A DNA stretch of 64,000 bases. Source: a virus. The notes under the pieces are model-generated. The model searched no databases. It was not told the origin of the DNA and was given only the letters and a program-made list of their open reading frames with translations. The stretch is from positions 3,862 through 67,861 of the IMG/VR virus record IMGVR_UViG_3300002835_000155. One strand, 5' to 3'. Positions 1 through 8,142 of this stretch are shown in pieces. Position 1 is the first letter of the stretch, and every line of letters starts with the position of its first letter. The translations under genes and the position numbers were made by a program.

Positions 1-263
1 TGGACATCACAACCAGTGGTCGATACTCACACTCTCACACCATGCGGTTCGAGTTCAACGAGTTTGAGAATGCCGAGGGTGAGTGGGAACCAATGGAGGA
101 CCGTGATCGTGAAACGGTCGTGGAGAACAACCTGCGATGGTTGGCCGACTGGTTGTACAACAGCCTTGAGAAAGAACATGACTGGTTGACCAGCGATGAA
201 GTTGTTGCCGAGAACATCATCGCCAACGGGTACGAGTTTGACGAGAACGGTAATCCTGAGTGA
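1..263 (+). CDS. 5'-truncated acidic phage protein
   Basis: Frame is open from the window edge (DITTSGRYSHSHTMRFEF...). C-terminus LEKEHDWLTSDEVVAENIIANGYEFDENG resembles a common phage/plasmid family. Confidence 0.7.
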   Translation, partial: DITTSGRYSHSHTMRFEFNEFENAEGEWEPMEDRDRETVVENNLRWLADWLYNSLEKEHDWLTSDEVVAENIIANGYEFDENGNPE

Positions 264-308
264 CCGTAACGCCGGGCCATTGCGGTGGCCCAGTATTATG
301 TTCATTCA
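257..308 (+). promoter_or_regulatory. Conserved intergenic RNA hairpin, copy 1 (UGCG loop)
   Basis: TGAGTGA-C-CGTAA...GGGCCAT-TGCG-GTGGCCC...TTATG-T-TCATTCA; G-U pairs on the + strand. Confidence 0.75.
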
Positions 309-331
309 AACCTGTGAAAGTGAGGTGAAAC

Positions 332-643
332 GTGAATACGTTGGAACGCAAGTTCCCTATCGTTGACAACAAGATCCACAGCAACCCCCGGATCGACTCG
401 GGGTACGTTTGCTCGTTCCGAAGTCAAAGCGGGTACGGTTACGACCTACACGTTGTTGACCAGGGTATGAGTGAGCCAAGTTGGGTACTTGTAGAAAGCG
501 ATACTGACTGGAGCAGCGGACCGATGTCCGTTCTGCTGCGGTGTGCCTTAGCAGACGGCAGTCCGTACGACGTGTACCGGTACTGCCTCATGTGCCTGAG
601 CACTTTCGGCAGTTTTTCCTGGAAGCCATTGGAGAACCCATGA
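332..643 (+). CDS. Hypothetical early protein
   Basis: GAGGTG RBS before GTG start; overlaps next start codon (ATGA). Confidence 0.7.
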   Translation: MNTLERKFPIVDNKIHSNPRIDSGYVCSFRSQSGYGYDLHVVDQGMSEPSWVLVESDTDWSSGPMSVLLRCALADGSPYDVYRYCLMCLSTFGSFSWKPLENP

Positions 644-1227
644 TCGACCCAGAACTACAGCAACGCTTTCGAGAGTTGCTGACGCGGTGTGACGAATCAC
701 ACTTGGAGTACGAAGAGGAACACGGTGACGCTGGTGATGCCTACTCGCACTGCGTCGTAGAAGACTCCCACAACGTCAGGGAGGCCCTGGTATATTACAT
801 TCTGACCAACTTCCCGGGCTGGACGCCGGAAGAGGTCAAAGCCGTACTGGGGGAGTTTGACCAGTGGTCGTTCGACATGGTACCCGGTCACCGCTTCAGC
901 GGTCGCAGGAACACTGACCCTGACGAGTCAAAAGCCGGTTGCCAAGTGTGGTCTACCAGCGTCGAAGAAGTCGAAAACCAGGTCGAGGTCAAGACCCTGG
1001 CTGAAAGTCTCGACTGCGAGGTTGAGAACATCCGTGAGCTGGTACTCGCTGAGAAAGAAGGCCGCATGAGTGACTTCTGTATCGGCCACATCTACCGGCC
1101 TGAGACATTCACCACGTTCGAGACGTACCAGGCCACTGATGCCTGTTGGTTTGCAGTCGTGCCGTACGACTGGTTCACTGAGAAGATCGAGGAGGTACGA
1201 GAACATGCGGAGGAAGTGAAAGATTAA
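640..1227 (+). CDS. Acidic hypothetical protein (195 aa)
   Basis: Start reassigned to ATG 640 (GGAG RBS, ATGA overlap); strongly E/D-rich. Confidence 0.8.
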   Translation: MIDPELQQRFRELLTRCDESHLEYEEEHGDAGDAYSHCVVEDSHNVREALVYYILTNFPGWTPEEVKAVLGEFDQWSFDMVPGHRFSGRRNTDPDESKAGCQVWSTSVEEVENQVEVKTLAESLDCEVENIRELVLAEKEGRMSDFCIGHIYRPETFTTFETYQATDACWFAVVPYDWFTEKIEEVREHAEEVKD

Positions 1228-1247
1228 GTACAGTTGACCCCGGTGTC

Positions 1248-1295
1248 AGAGAGTGTGACCGACGAGTCTTGCGAGGCTCGTCACTCGTGTTCTCT
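1248..1295 (+). promoter_or_regulatory. Conserved intergenic RNA hairpin, copy 2
   Basis: AGAGAGTGTGA-CC-GACGAGTCT-TGCG-AGGCTCGTC-AC-TCGTGTTCTCT; lower stem fully paired with 4 G-U. Confidence 0.8.
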
Positions 1296-1312
1296 CACAG
1301 AAAGGAGAAACC

Positions 1313-1534
1313 ATGTTTGGTAGAGAAGATGAGACAGAGCTGCGTCTGGTTCAACGTGGTGGGTACCTGAGGCCGGATAGGAACTACGACTACTTCCTGT
1401 TGAAGCGGTTGATGTTCACTGCTGGCCTGCCCCAGACAAGAGGTGTTTTGCTGTTGGACAGTCAGTACGACAAGATCCTGGCAGTTGCTGAATGTACAAT
1501 CTGTGTTACTGAGGAGGAAAACGATGAAGGTTAG
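1313..1534 (+). CDS. Hypothetical protein
   Basis: AAAGGAG RBS; packed with neighbouring genes. Confidence 0.7.
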   Translation: MFGREDETELRLVQRGGYLRPDRNYDYFLLKRLMFTAGLPQTRGVLLLDSQYDKILAVAECTICVTEEENDEG

Positions 1535-1742
1535 ACCGAACTTGGCGTATCGGCACGCTAACTACCCGAGCAACACCGCTCTCGACCCAAAGGCGGTTAT
1601 CGACGCAACTCCTGCGACGAACCAGCCAAACTGGGAGTGCGAAGGCAAAATCTTCGTGGAGTGCCCAAACGGTGCTCCTGAGTTGCTCCTTGTGGCGGGT
1701 GAGTACACTATTGTGGAACCGTTTACTGAGGAAGAGATATGA
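1524..1742 (+). CDS. Hypothetical protein
   Basis: GAGGAGG RBS before ATG 1524 (MKVRPNL...). Confidence 0.7.
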   Translation: MKVRPNLAYRHANYPSNTALDPKAVIDATPATNQPNWECEGKIFVECPNGAPELLLVAGEYTIVEPFTEEEI

Positions 1743-1957
1743 CCAACGAGAATTGCCTGAAGGGTATGCGTTGTCCACGTTGTGACAGCTACGGTCCGTT
1801 CGGCATTGCGGTTGACGTTGTTATGCTGGTCACCGATGAAGGTACTGATACCCCAATCGGGGACATGACATGGGACGACTTCAGTTACTGTGAATGCCGT
1901 GAGTGTCTGAAGCGTGGTGCTGTCCTGGATTTCTTTGAGGAGAAAACGGATGGCTAG
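1739..1957 (+). CDS. Small Zn-ribbon protein
   Basis: CPRC and CREC pairs; RBS present; ATGA overlap. Confidence 0.75.
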   Translation: MTNENCLKGMRCPRCDSYGPFGIAVDVVMLVTDEGTDTPIGDMTWDDFSYCECRECLKRGAVLDFFEEKTDG

Positions 1958-2201
1958 ACCAGCAAGGTCGATAACGCACCTGAGTGACACGCTGCACTTG
2001 GCAGACTGCCACGACGGGTTCTGGTTGTACGATGACACCCGAGGGATGAACCTGTCCATGCGGGCAAAGACAGCGGAGGAAGCCTTCGTTGATGCTTTGA
2101 CGTACTACCAGAGACGACTCAAAGAAGTCGAAGGGTATTACTCAAGTTTGAAGTCGAGAGTTGACCTGTTCGTTGAGTCGTTTGTTGAGGAGGACGGTTG
2201 A
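1950..2201 (+). CDS. Hypothetical protein with coiled-coil C-terminus
   Basis: GAGGAG RBS before ATG 1950 (MARPARS...). Confidence 0.7.
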   Translation: MARPARSITHLSDTLHLADCHDGFWLYDDTRGMNLSMRAKTAEEAFVDALTYYQRRLKEVEGYYSSLKSRVDLFVESFVEEDG

Positions 2202-2202
2202 G

Positions 2203-2610
2203 ATGCTTGAAATCGACGTGAGTTTCCTGTTGGAGATTGATGCCAGTAACTTCGCAGCCTCACAAGCTGAGTTGGGTCCAAACGCTGGCAGGATCACATG
2301 GGCTAACGCCTGTGAGGTTTGTCACTTGATTAACCTGACGCCTGAAGAGATACTTGAGGCCAAGGACTACATCAAGACCTGGGGGGCCTGGGAGGGCGAA
2401 GAGATCGACAGTTGGTCTGAGGACGAGACGAAAGCCTTGATAGTACAGTCGGCAGCGGTTGACTATCGTGAGGCACTGAGTTGTTGCCGGGTCGACGAAG
2501 ACTTCGACGACATCGAATGGGACGAGTACCTGGTTCAAGCTGAGTCTGGTCGCATTTCTGGGAATCTGTTCATGCACGACGGAAAATTGTATATGTCGTT
2601 CTGCTCATGA
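2203..2610 (+). CDS. Acidic hypothetical protein
   Basis: GAGGAGG RBS before ATG 2203; E/D/W-rich. Confidence 0.75.
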   Translation: MLEIDVSFLLEIDASNFAASQAELGPNAGRITWANACEVCHLINLTPEEILEAKDYIKTWGAWEGEEIDSWSEDETKALIVQSAAVDYREALSCCRVDEDFDDIEWDEYLVQAESGRISGNLFMHDGKLYMSFCS

Positions 2611-2647
2611 GTATCTTATCGACACTGTGACGAGGGTTCACAGACTT

Positions 2648-2720
2648 GAGTGGGTCGTCTAACTGGCAAGACCACCGGGCGGCAATCCCGGTGATGCAGG
2701 TTCGAATCCTGCCCCACTCA
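2648..2720 (+). tRNA. tRNA-like gene, anticodon GCA (Cys), atypical
   Basis: Acceptor GAGTGGG/CCCACTC; D-stem GTCT/AGAC; anticodon stem CCGGG/CCCGG with loop CGGCAAT; T-arm GCAGG-TTCGAAT-CCTGC. G33, A73, no encoded CCA. Confidence 0.8.
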
Positions 2721-2740
2721 CTGGATGTTTTACAACACGC

Positions 2741-2787
2741 ACCGCTTGGCGACTTATGGGGGAGACTAGCCCCCGTCGCCAAGCGGT
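2741..2787 (+). other. Long hairpin downstream of the tRNA
   Basis: ACCGCTTGGCGAC...GTCGCCAAGCGGT 13-bp perfect stem followed by CTTTCTTT; terminator or processing site. Confidence 0.6.
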
Positions 2788-2812
2788 CTTTCTTTGGAGG
2801 GTTGAGAAAGCG

Positions 2813-3241
2813 ATGAGAGACATCATCAAAGAATTGCACGACAAGGTTCAGGACGACTTGACTGGGGTTGACGTTGATACCCTCTACGACGAGATGCTCA
2901 ATGAGTGTTACAGCATGTCATCGGTCGGGGGGCCTTTCAGCCACATGATGCCGAGCAAGGTTCTCAAAGAATGCGATCCGGTCGCATACCGCTGTGGGTT
3001 TTCCGACTGGCTCGACGGTGCGGGGTTCTACGAGGTCGACGGTAAGTACTACCACGGGCCTGACCTTGAGTGGATCAAGGACGATCTGATCGACGGGTTG
3101 GGAGACGAGATCAGCAACCTTGAAGAACAGGTTGATGATATGCCACAGTCAGACATCGACGCTGGTGTGGACCTTGTCTGCAGAGACCTCATCGACATAG
3201 CCAACGACGATATAGCCAAGCTCAGAAAGTATTCTTTCTAG
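2813..3241 (+). CDS. Acidic hypothetical phage protein
   Basis: GGAGG RBS; YDEMLNECY...PSKVLKECDPVAYRCGFSDWLD resembles a motif of small phage proteins; D-rich. Confidence 0.8.
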   Translation: MRDIIKELHDKVQDDLTGVDVDTLYDEMLNECYSMSSVGGPFSHMMPSKVLKECDPVAYRCGFSDWLDGAGFYEVDGKYYHGPDLEWIKDDLIDGLGDEISNLEEQVDDMPQSDIDAGVDLVCRDLIDIANDDIAKLRKYSF

Positions 3242-3256
3242 TACAGTCGAGACCGG

Positions 3257-3308
3257 TGAGAGGTTGTGACAGGGGGCCACTGCGGTGGCTCCCAATCGTG
3301 TTCTCTCA
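3257..3308 (+). promoter_or_regulatory. Conserved intergenic RNA hairpin, copy 3
   Basis: TGAGAGGTTGTGA-CA-GGGGGCCAC-TGCG-GTGGCTCCC-AA-TCGTGTTCTCTCA. Confidence 0.8.
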
Positions 3309-3328
3309 AACCATTCTGGAGGTGATAC

Positions 3329-3739
3329 ATGTCCGACAAGAAATGTGAAGAGTTGGTTGATGACCGTCTGGCTGGTCGACTCGAAGACCTGCTGCCAGAC
3401 TGGGACGATGAAGAACTGGTCAAGACGTTGGCTGATGACTTCGACACGGACCGTGAAGGCGTTGAGTCCGGCGATGACTTGAAACATGCGGTAATGAATG
3501 ACCACCGTGACCGGGCCTGTGAAGGTGTACTGTCTGTCGAGGTCCGCAAGTCGTACCGGGTCCTGCTGTCATGGGGTGGCCCGTCAGACGGGTTTGACTT
3601 CGTGTTCAACAGCGAAGGTGAGTTGATCGAGTGTGAGTACTTCTACCAAGACTGGTTCGACGGGGCCAAACGCCCAGTCCCGATGGATCAAGCTGAGGAA
3701 CTGGTTCAGCTCTACTATGTTGGTCCTGAGTTCAAGTAA
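3329..3739 (+). CDS. Acidic hypothetical protein (LSWGGPS motif)
   Basis: GGAGGTG RBS; LLSWGGPSD and YQDWFDG motifs recur in phage hypotheticals. Confidence 0.8.
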   Translation: MSDKKCEELVDDRLAGRLEDLLPDWDDEELVKTLADDFDTDREGVESGDDLKHAVMNDHRDRACEGVLSVEVRKSYRVLLSWGGPSDGFDFVFNSEGELIECEYFYQDWFDGAKRPVPMDQAEELVQLYYVGPEFK

Positions 3740-3786
3740 ACCCGTGATGGAGGGTCACTGCGGTGGCTCTCTTTCGTGTGTTTCCT
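3735..3786 (+). promoter_or_regulatory. Conserved intergenic RNA hairpin, copy 4
   Basis: AAACCCGTGA-TG-GAGGGTCAC-TGCG-GTGGCTCTC-TT-TCGTGTGTTT. Confidence 0.75.
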
Positions 3787-3807
3787 GTTTCGAAAGGAGG
3801 AAGTGCT

Positions 3808-4179
3808 ATGCTGAAAGTAAGATTCCACCTGGCCAAAGGTAAGAACTACCAGAAGTGGCAGATCCGAAAAGGCAGGGCTGTCTGTTACTACGATCCAACG
3901 AAGGTGAATCTCCTGATGCGGGATTGCCGGTTGGTGAATCGGAGAGGGACAGCAGAAAAGATATTCGCTGGTGAGGACAAGACGGTCTGTGCCTGGGTCG
4001 AATGCGAGACTGTACATGTCGGTGTTTGTGTTGCCGACCAGTACGACGCCGGGCAGCAACTGATATACAACCCGAGATGGCAACCGTTCTGGACATCATC
4101 GGAGACTGGAGCAAACCTGGATGGGGAGCGGTTCCCTATGATCCTGAGTCAAGGCAGGTCCTTGTTTGAGGTTCTTTAA
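3808..4179 (+). CDS. Hypothetical phage protein
   Basis: AAAGGAGG RBS before ATG 3808; KVRFHL..G.NY.KWQI and KTVCAWVECE motifs. Confidence 0.8.
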   Translation: MLKVRFHLAKGKNYQKWQIRKGRAVCYYDPTKVNLLMRDCRLVNRRGTAEKIFAGEDKTVCAWVECETVHVGVCVADQYDAGQQLIYNPRWQPFWTSSETGANLDGERFPMILSQGRSLFEVL

Positions 4180-4332
4180 GTGGCTGCACCCAAGACAAAG
4201 ACCAGCCATTGGTTCAAACACCCAACCGGCATAGGTTGGAAGTGCCAGGGCTGCGGCCGGTGTAATTCAACGAAGGTGAAAACCTGTTCAAGATGTAAGT
4301 TTCTGAAAGGAGGACCAATTGAAAACCGTTGA
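4180..4332 (+). CDS. 50-aa RanBP2-type zinc finger protein (not in ORF track)
   Basis: Hand translation MAAPKTKTSHWFKHPTGIGWKCQGCGRCNSTKVKTCSRCKFLKGGPIENR matches W-x-C-x2-C-x3-N-x6-C-x2-C; fills the gap exactly; GAGG RBS. Confidence 0.7.
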   Translation: MAAPKTKTSHWFKHPTGIGWKCQGCGRCNSTKVKTCSRCKFLKGGPIENR

Positions 4333-4567
4333 CTGTAAGTTCTGCGGAGGGGCCAGGCCAGTTGACCCCGCAACGCATCGCTGTAAAGGCTGCGGCATGG
4401 AGGAAGGTTCCTGTCGACGTAGCCCCGAGCCGTCCGGAAGGCGACCATGCCCAATGTGTGACTGCCGAGTGGTTCGGTGGATCAACGACAACACCCAGCT
4501 TGAATGCGTGGTGTGTCATACTGAGTTTGAAGCTGTTGAGAAAGGCATTGACTATGTTTCGAATTGA
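4319..4567 (+). CDS. Double Zn-ribbon protein
   Basis: Four CxxC pairs; AGGAGG RBS with TTG start. Confidence 0.7.
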   Translation: MKTVDCKFCGGARPVDPATHRCKGCGMEEGSCRRSPEPSGRRPCPMCDCRVVRWINDNTQLECVVCHTEFEAVEKGIDYVSN

Positions 4568-4892
4568 TCTGGGGATTGCTGGGAGTGGAATTCTGACCGG
4601 TCTGCGTGCTCTTGATGAGCGTCGTCGCCTGGGCCTGCCAGACGACAGCCGCTTGTGCATCTACGACAGGCGTACTTCGTGTTGGTTCGAAGTGACAGAA
4701 GCCTTCGCTCGGCAGCACTTCCGGTATGATGATAACGATCAGACAGCGACGGTGCCGCTGTCAGCACTCACCAAGGACGACGTGGCAATCGTTAACCACT
4801 GTCTGGTCATCCGGGACGACATAACAGACGAGCGTGCAATGGAGTTGTTCGCTGCTCATTACGTCAAGGAGGACGTTTCATGCTCTGGTTAA
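4554..4892 (+). CDS. Hypothetical protein
   Basis: Start reassigned to ATG 4554 (MFRIDLG...). Confidence 0.65.
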   Translation: MFRIDLGIAGSGILTGLRALDERRRLGLPDDSRLCIYDRRTSCWFEVTEAFARQHFRYDDNDQTATVPLSALTKDDVAIVNHCLVIRDDITDERAMELFAAHYVKEDVSCSG

Positions 4893-5053
4893 TCGACCAC
4901 CTGGGTCCCATACCGTTTGGGGCCGTCATGTTCTTACTGATGCTGGGGCTGCTGGTTCTGACAGATTTCATCCTGTCATGCACAGAGCAACACATCGACC
5001 ACAATCACCGTATCAACGAGGTATTCAAAGATGGCAAGCTGGACGGCGAATAA
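4880..5053 (+). CDS. 57-aa single-TM membrane protein (not in ORF track)
   Basis: AGGAGG RBS; MLWLIDHLGPIPFGAVMFLLMLGLLVLTDFILSC... by hand translation. Confidence 0.65.
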   Translation: MLWLIDHLGPIPFGAVMFLLMLGLLVLTDFILSCTEQHIDHNHRINEVFKDGKLDGE

Positions 5054-5348
5054 TAACCGGCAGTGGACCGCGTTCTGGTCCAGCATCGACAAGGACGGTA
5101 ACCGGTACCGTCACCAGGTCCGCAAGACACGACCAGAAGACGGTGCCCGCTGGTTGGTCCGTACTCAGGTCTGGCCAAACGGGGAATCTATCTATCACAC
5201 GGTCAGCGTTGAGCTGCCGAGGTCACACGGTGAGTACCTGTGGACCATGACCAAAATCTGGACCAACGTAGACGAAGAAGGGCGAGAGATGTATCCGCCC
5301 GAGTATCAGTCTGGCTTCAAGAATCTGGGAGAGCGTAATGTCGAGTGA
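5031..5348 (+). CDS. Hypothetical protein
   Basis: GAGGT RBS; tight gene packing. Confidence 0.7.
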   Translation: MASWTANNNRQWTAFWSSIDKDGNRYRHQVRKTRPEDGARWLVRTQVWPNGESIYHTVSVELPRSHGEYLWTMTKIWTNVDEEGREMYPPEYQSGFKNLGERNVE

Positions 5349-5571
5349 AGAAAAGGACCTGTCCACGCTCAACATCTCGTGGCAGACACGCATGGCCTCA
5401 GTGATGAGGCAATTTCACAAGTTGACCAAGAAACCGGTCTTCGACAAGACCAACGACGTGATGGTCAACGTCATCGGTATGACCTGTGTGATCGGTACGC
5501 CGGGCCTGCAGGTCGTCCCAACGGATGGAGGTAGCATCTACACTTTGAAATGTGAGGAGTTGGATGTATGA
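5338..5571 (+). CDS. Hypothetical protein
   Basis: GGAG RBS; overlaps neighbours. Confidence 0.65.
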   Translation: MSSEEKDLSTLNISWQTRMASVMRQFHKLTKKPVFDKTNDVMVNVIGMTCVIGTPGLQVVPTDGGSIYTLKCEELDV

Positions 5572-5912
5572 GACGCAAGACTACAAACGAAGAGTTCCGG
5601 GTACTCTCTGACTGGTTGCGGGACCAGCCACAACCCATCACCATGACGATAGCTAAACTGCAAACAGCCATGTCTGGTGTGTTGGGGCGACCCGTTCCAA
5701 AGAGTTCTTTCGCAAACCTTCTGAAAGATCCGAAGGTGACGGTGATGGACCCGAGAGGTGCAAACTTCTCTAACGGGTCAGACCGTATTAAACGGGTTGT
5801 GATTGTAATCGAGACCATCTTGGCAGACCTGCACAAACACCTGGGGTACATACCCGCTGAGAGTGTTGCTGTTGAGCTGCGATCCCTGGCAAACGGAAAG
5901 CGAGGTGAGTAG
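5568..5912 (+). CDS. Hypothetical basic protein
   Basis: GAGGAG RBS; ATGA overlap. Confidence 0.7.
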   Translation: MRRKTTNEEFRVLSDWLRDQPQPITMTIAKLQTAMSGVLGRPVPKSSFANLLKDPKVTVMDPRGANFSNGSDRIKRVVIVIETILADLHKHLGYIPAESVAVELRSLANGKRGE

Positions 5913-5913
5913 C

Positions 5914-6186
5914 ATGAGCGTAACACAACTGACGCACAATCATGGTCAGCTTTTGCTGAACGACGTGCTGATATTCCGGTATCGAGGGGGAGACGTCGAC
6001 ACGATCCCCTGGCCGCTCAAGTGTGAGTTCCGGGATGACGGTGAGATCCTGCATCAACTCGCCTCATGCTTGTACGACGAGCGAGAATGCGGCGGGTGGG
6101 ACGGCGACCATGTCCTGCTACCCGATGGTACCAAGTTCTACCCGGAGGAGCATCTGGTTGACGCTCCTCGTCGGTACGAGTTCTGA
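5914..6186 (+). CDS. Hypothetical protein
   Basis: GAGGTG RBS before ATG 5914. Confidence 0.7.
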   Translation: MSVTQLTHNHGQLLLNDVLIFRYRGGDVDTIPWPLKCEFRDDGEILHQLASCLYDERECGGWDGDHVLLPDGTKFYPEEHLVDAPRRYEF

Positions 6187-6235
6187 ATGACCGTAACGCT
6201 GGTTCTCTGCGGAGGACCAGCATTGTGTTTATTCA
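6184..6235 (+). promoter_or_regulatory. Conserved intergenic RNA hairpin, copy 5
   Basis: TGAATGA-CCGTAAC-GCTGGTTCTC-TGCG-GAGGACCAGC-ATTGTG-TTTATTCA; paralogous to copy 1. Confidence 0.8.
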
Positions 6236-6252
6236 CCAGACTGGAGGTAACA

Positions 6253-6420
6253 ATGTTCACAGAAGGTCAACAGGTTCGAGTTATCGACGACGAGTGCCCA
6301 CTTCACGGCAAGATTGTGACGATCATTCGTCGTCACCCAAAATGCACCGCCGAGTGGGAGGTGCGTACCGAGAGTGGCAGGGAGTGGTTGGTCCACTCGT
6401 GCCGGTTGCGACCGGTCTAA
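6253..6420 (+). CDS. Small KOW/SH3-like protein
   Basis: GGAGGT RBS; FTEGQQVRVID...GKIVTI...LRPV pattern. Confidence 0.65.
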   Translation: MFTEGQQVRVIDDECPLHGKIVTIIRRHPKCTAEWEVRTESGREWLVHSCRLRPV

Positions 6421-7868
6421 ATCTTGCCCTTCTGTTTCGCGTAATCCCGGAGGACGTCCAGTAATCTTGACTGGACGTCCTCTTTGTCGTCTATGCGAGC
6501 CCAGATCACCTCGTGAATGGTGTCCTTGGCGTACAGCCTGTGAACTCTCACAGGTCCACCAACACCCTGCCGGTAGATACGGGCGTTGAACTGGATGTAC
6601 GTGTCCAGGTTGTCCGTTGGGCCATACCACACGATGTCACGGCACGATCCCTTCTGAGCATTGATACCGTACGACATAGCCTGTGGTTGAACCGCCATGT
6701 AAGGCGGCTCCAGTGTATCGTTGTTCCACCTGTCGATCAGGTCAGTGACATGTGCTTCCTTGGTCCCACCCCGGATGATGTGAAGACCTTTGACCGCCTT
6801 CTCCATACGCTGGACATCGTGGTCAAACTGGTAAGCTGCGAAGACTGGCTTGCCTCCAAGCTCGTCAACCAAGTCAGCATACGCATCGGTCATCGCACTG
6901 TGTAGGTGGTGAACCGTCCTGTCGTGCCCGTAGATGCCGCCTGCTGCGATCTGACGGCAAGCATTGTACTTTGCCCCGGCGTTCACGGCACCCCGTTGTG
7001 AGCCGTCCTGCAGCTCGATAAACATCTGTCTTTCCATGTCGTCGTACGCGGCCCGTGCGTCCGGTGGTAGCTCTACCGGTACGTCGTGATACGTGATGGG
7101 TGGCATGGACAGGTGGTCTGCTGCGTCGAGCCGGAGGACCAGATGCTTCACAGCCTGGTGAATCGCGTCATGCTTCTCGGTACGTACCTGAAAGTTGTTC
7201 TGCTCACGAGACCCAACCTGACAGCAGTACTCAGATCGGAAAGCGGTGACGTTCTTACCGAGGGCTTTACCTTGGTCCAAAATCCAGCACTGTGGGTACA
7301 GGTCGGCCAGGTTTCTCGGTGCTGGTGTACCTGTCAGGATCACACGGTACGGGATACGCTTGGCGAGGTCACGTACAGCCTGTGATCTCTTCGCGGACCA
7401 GTTCTTAAACGAGGTTGACTCGTCGACGATGATAGCCTGCCAGGGCAATCGGTCCCGGCCCTTCAGTTGGTTAGCGAGCCAGCCGATACCATCTCGGTTG
7501 ATGATGTGGATGTTAACCTGGGTCGCCAGTCGTTTCCTGCGTACCGATGCACTGCCGTGTACCACCGAGTAGGACAGTGACCTGAAGTTGGTCCAGCCTG
7601 TGATCTCCTGCGGCCACACCTGCCAACAGACACGTAGCGGGGCCACGATGAGAAAGCGATTGGCCAGACCGAACTCTTTCATCTGCATCATCCACTCCAA
7701 CGTGGATGAAGTCTTACCAAGCCCGGGGTCGAGGAACAACGCGGCTCCACCTTCACCGTCTGGGTTGAGGCTTGTCCTTTCGTGAAGGAACTGCACTGCG
7801 GTTTCCTGGTACTTGTGTGGCACCCATAACTTTGGTGCTTCCTTGTCCGCTCCGAACTTCATCGACAT
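6417..7868 (-). CDS. SNF2-family (SF2) helicase
   Basis: LDPGLGKT Walker A, IVDES motif II, LTGTP motif III, QFNARIYRQG motif VI. Confidence 0.93.
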   Translation of the reverse strand: MSMKFGADKEAPKLWVPHKYQETAVQFLHERTSLNPDGEGGAALFLDPGLGKTSSTLEWMMQMKEFGLANRFLIVAPLRVCWQVWPQEITGWTNFRSLSYSVVHGSASVRRKRLATQVNIHIINRDGIGWLANQLKGRDRLPWQAIIVDESTSFKNWSAKRSQAVRDLAKRIPYRVILTGTPAPRNLADLYPQCWILDQGKALGKNVTAFRSEYCCQVGSREQNNFQVRTEKHDAIHQAVKHLVLRLDAADHLSMPPITYHDVPVELPPDARAAYDDMERQMFIELQDGSQRGAVNAGAKYNACRQIAAGGIYGHDRTVHHLHSAMTDAYADLVDELGGKPVFAAYQFDHDVQRMEKAVKGLHIIRGGTKEAHVTDLIDRWNNDTLEPPYMAVQPQAMSYGINAQKGSCRDIVWYGPTDNLDTYIQFNARIYRQGVGGPVRVHRLYAKDTIHEVIWARIDDKEDVQSRLLDVLRDYAKQKGKI

Positions 7869-8142
7869 ACCCTCTCACAAAATCCTTTGCCTCGGTCAGA
7901 TCACTTGTCACCAGTACCGGCACACCTAACGCCCTCAGTGCTGCGATACGCTGGTCTTGTACTTTGCTGGTCTTACCAGTCGGGGACTTGAACTCGATGC
8001 AGACCAGCCTGCCGCCGGGCAGGATGACTGTCCTGTCTGGAAAGCCAGACACACCTTGGGCTGCCAGCTTCAGGACAAACAGTCCTTGGTCTCGTCCCCA
8101 CTTGGCAAAGGCAGCTTCAACACGTTTCTCAGGACCGGCCAT
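7753..8142 (-). CDS. VRR-NUC domain nuclease
   Basis: GFPDRTV...IEFKSPTGK...Q PD-(D/E)xK motif; C-terminal tail overlaps the helicase gene. Confidence 0.9.
   Translation of the reverse strand: MAGPEKRVEAAFAKWGRDQGLFVLKLAAQGVSGFPDRTVILPGGRLVCIEFKSPTGKTSKVQDQRIAALRALGVPVLVTSDLTEAKDFVRGYVDEVRSGQGSTKVMGATQVPGNRSAVPSRKDKPQPRR

Noticed and set aside
257-6235. Integron attC sites
   Set aside because: No RYYYAAC/GTTRRRY boxes and no tyrosine integrase; G-U pattern and UNCG loop favour RNA structure.
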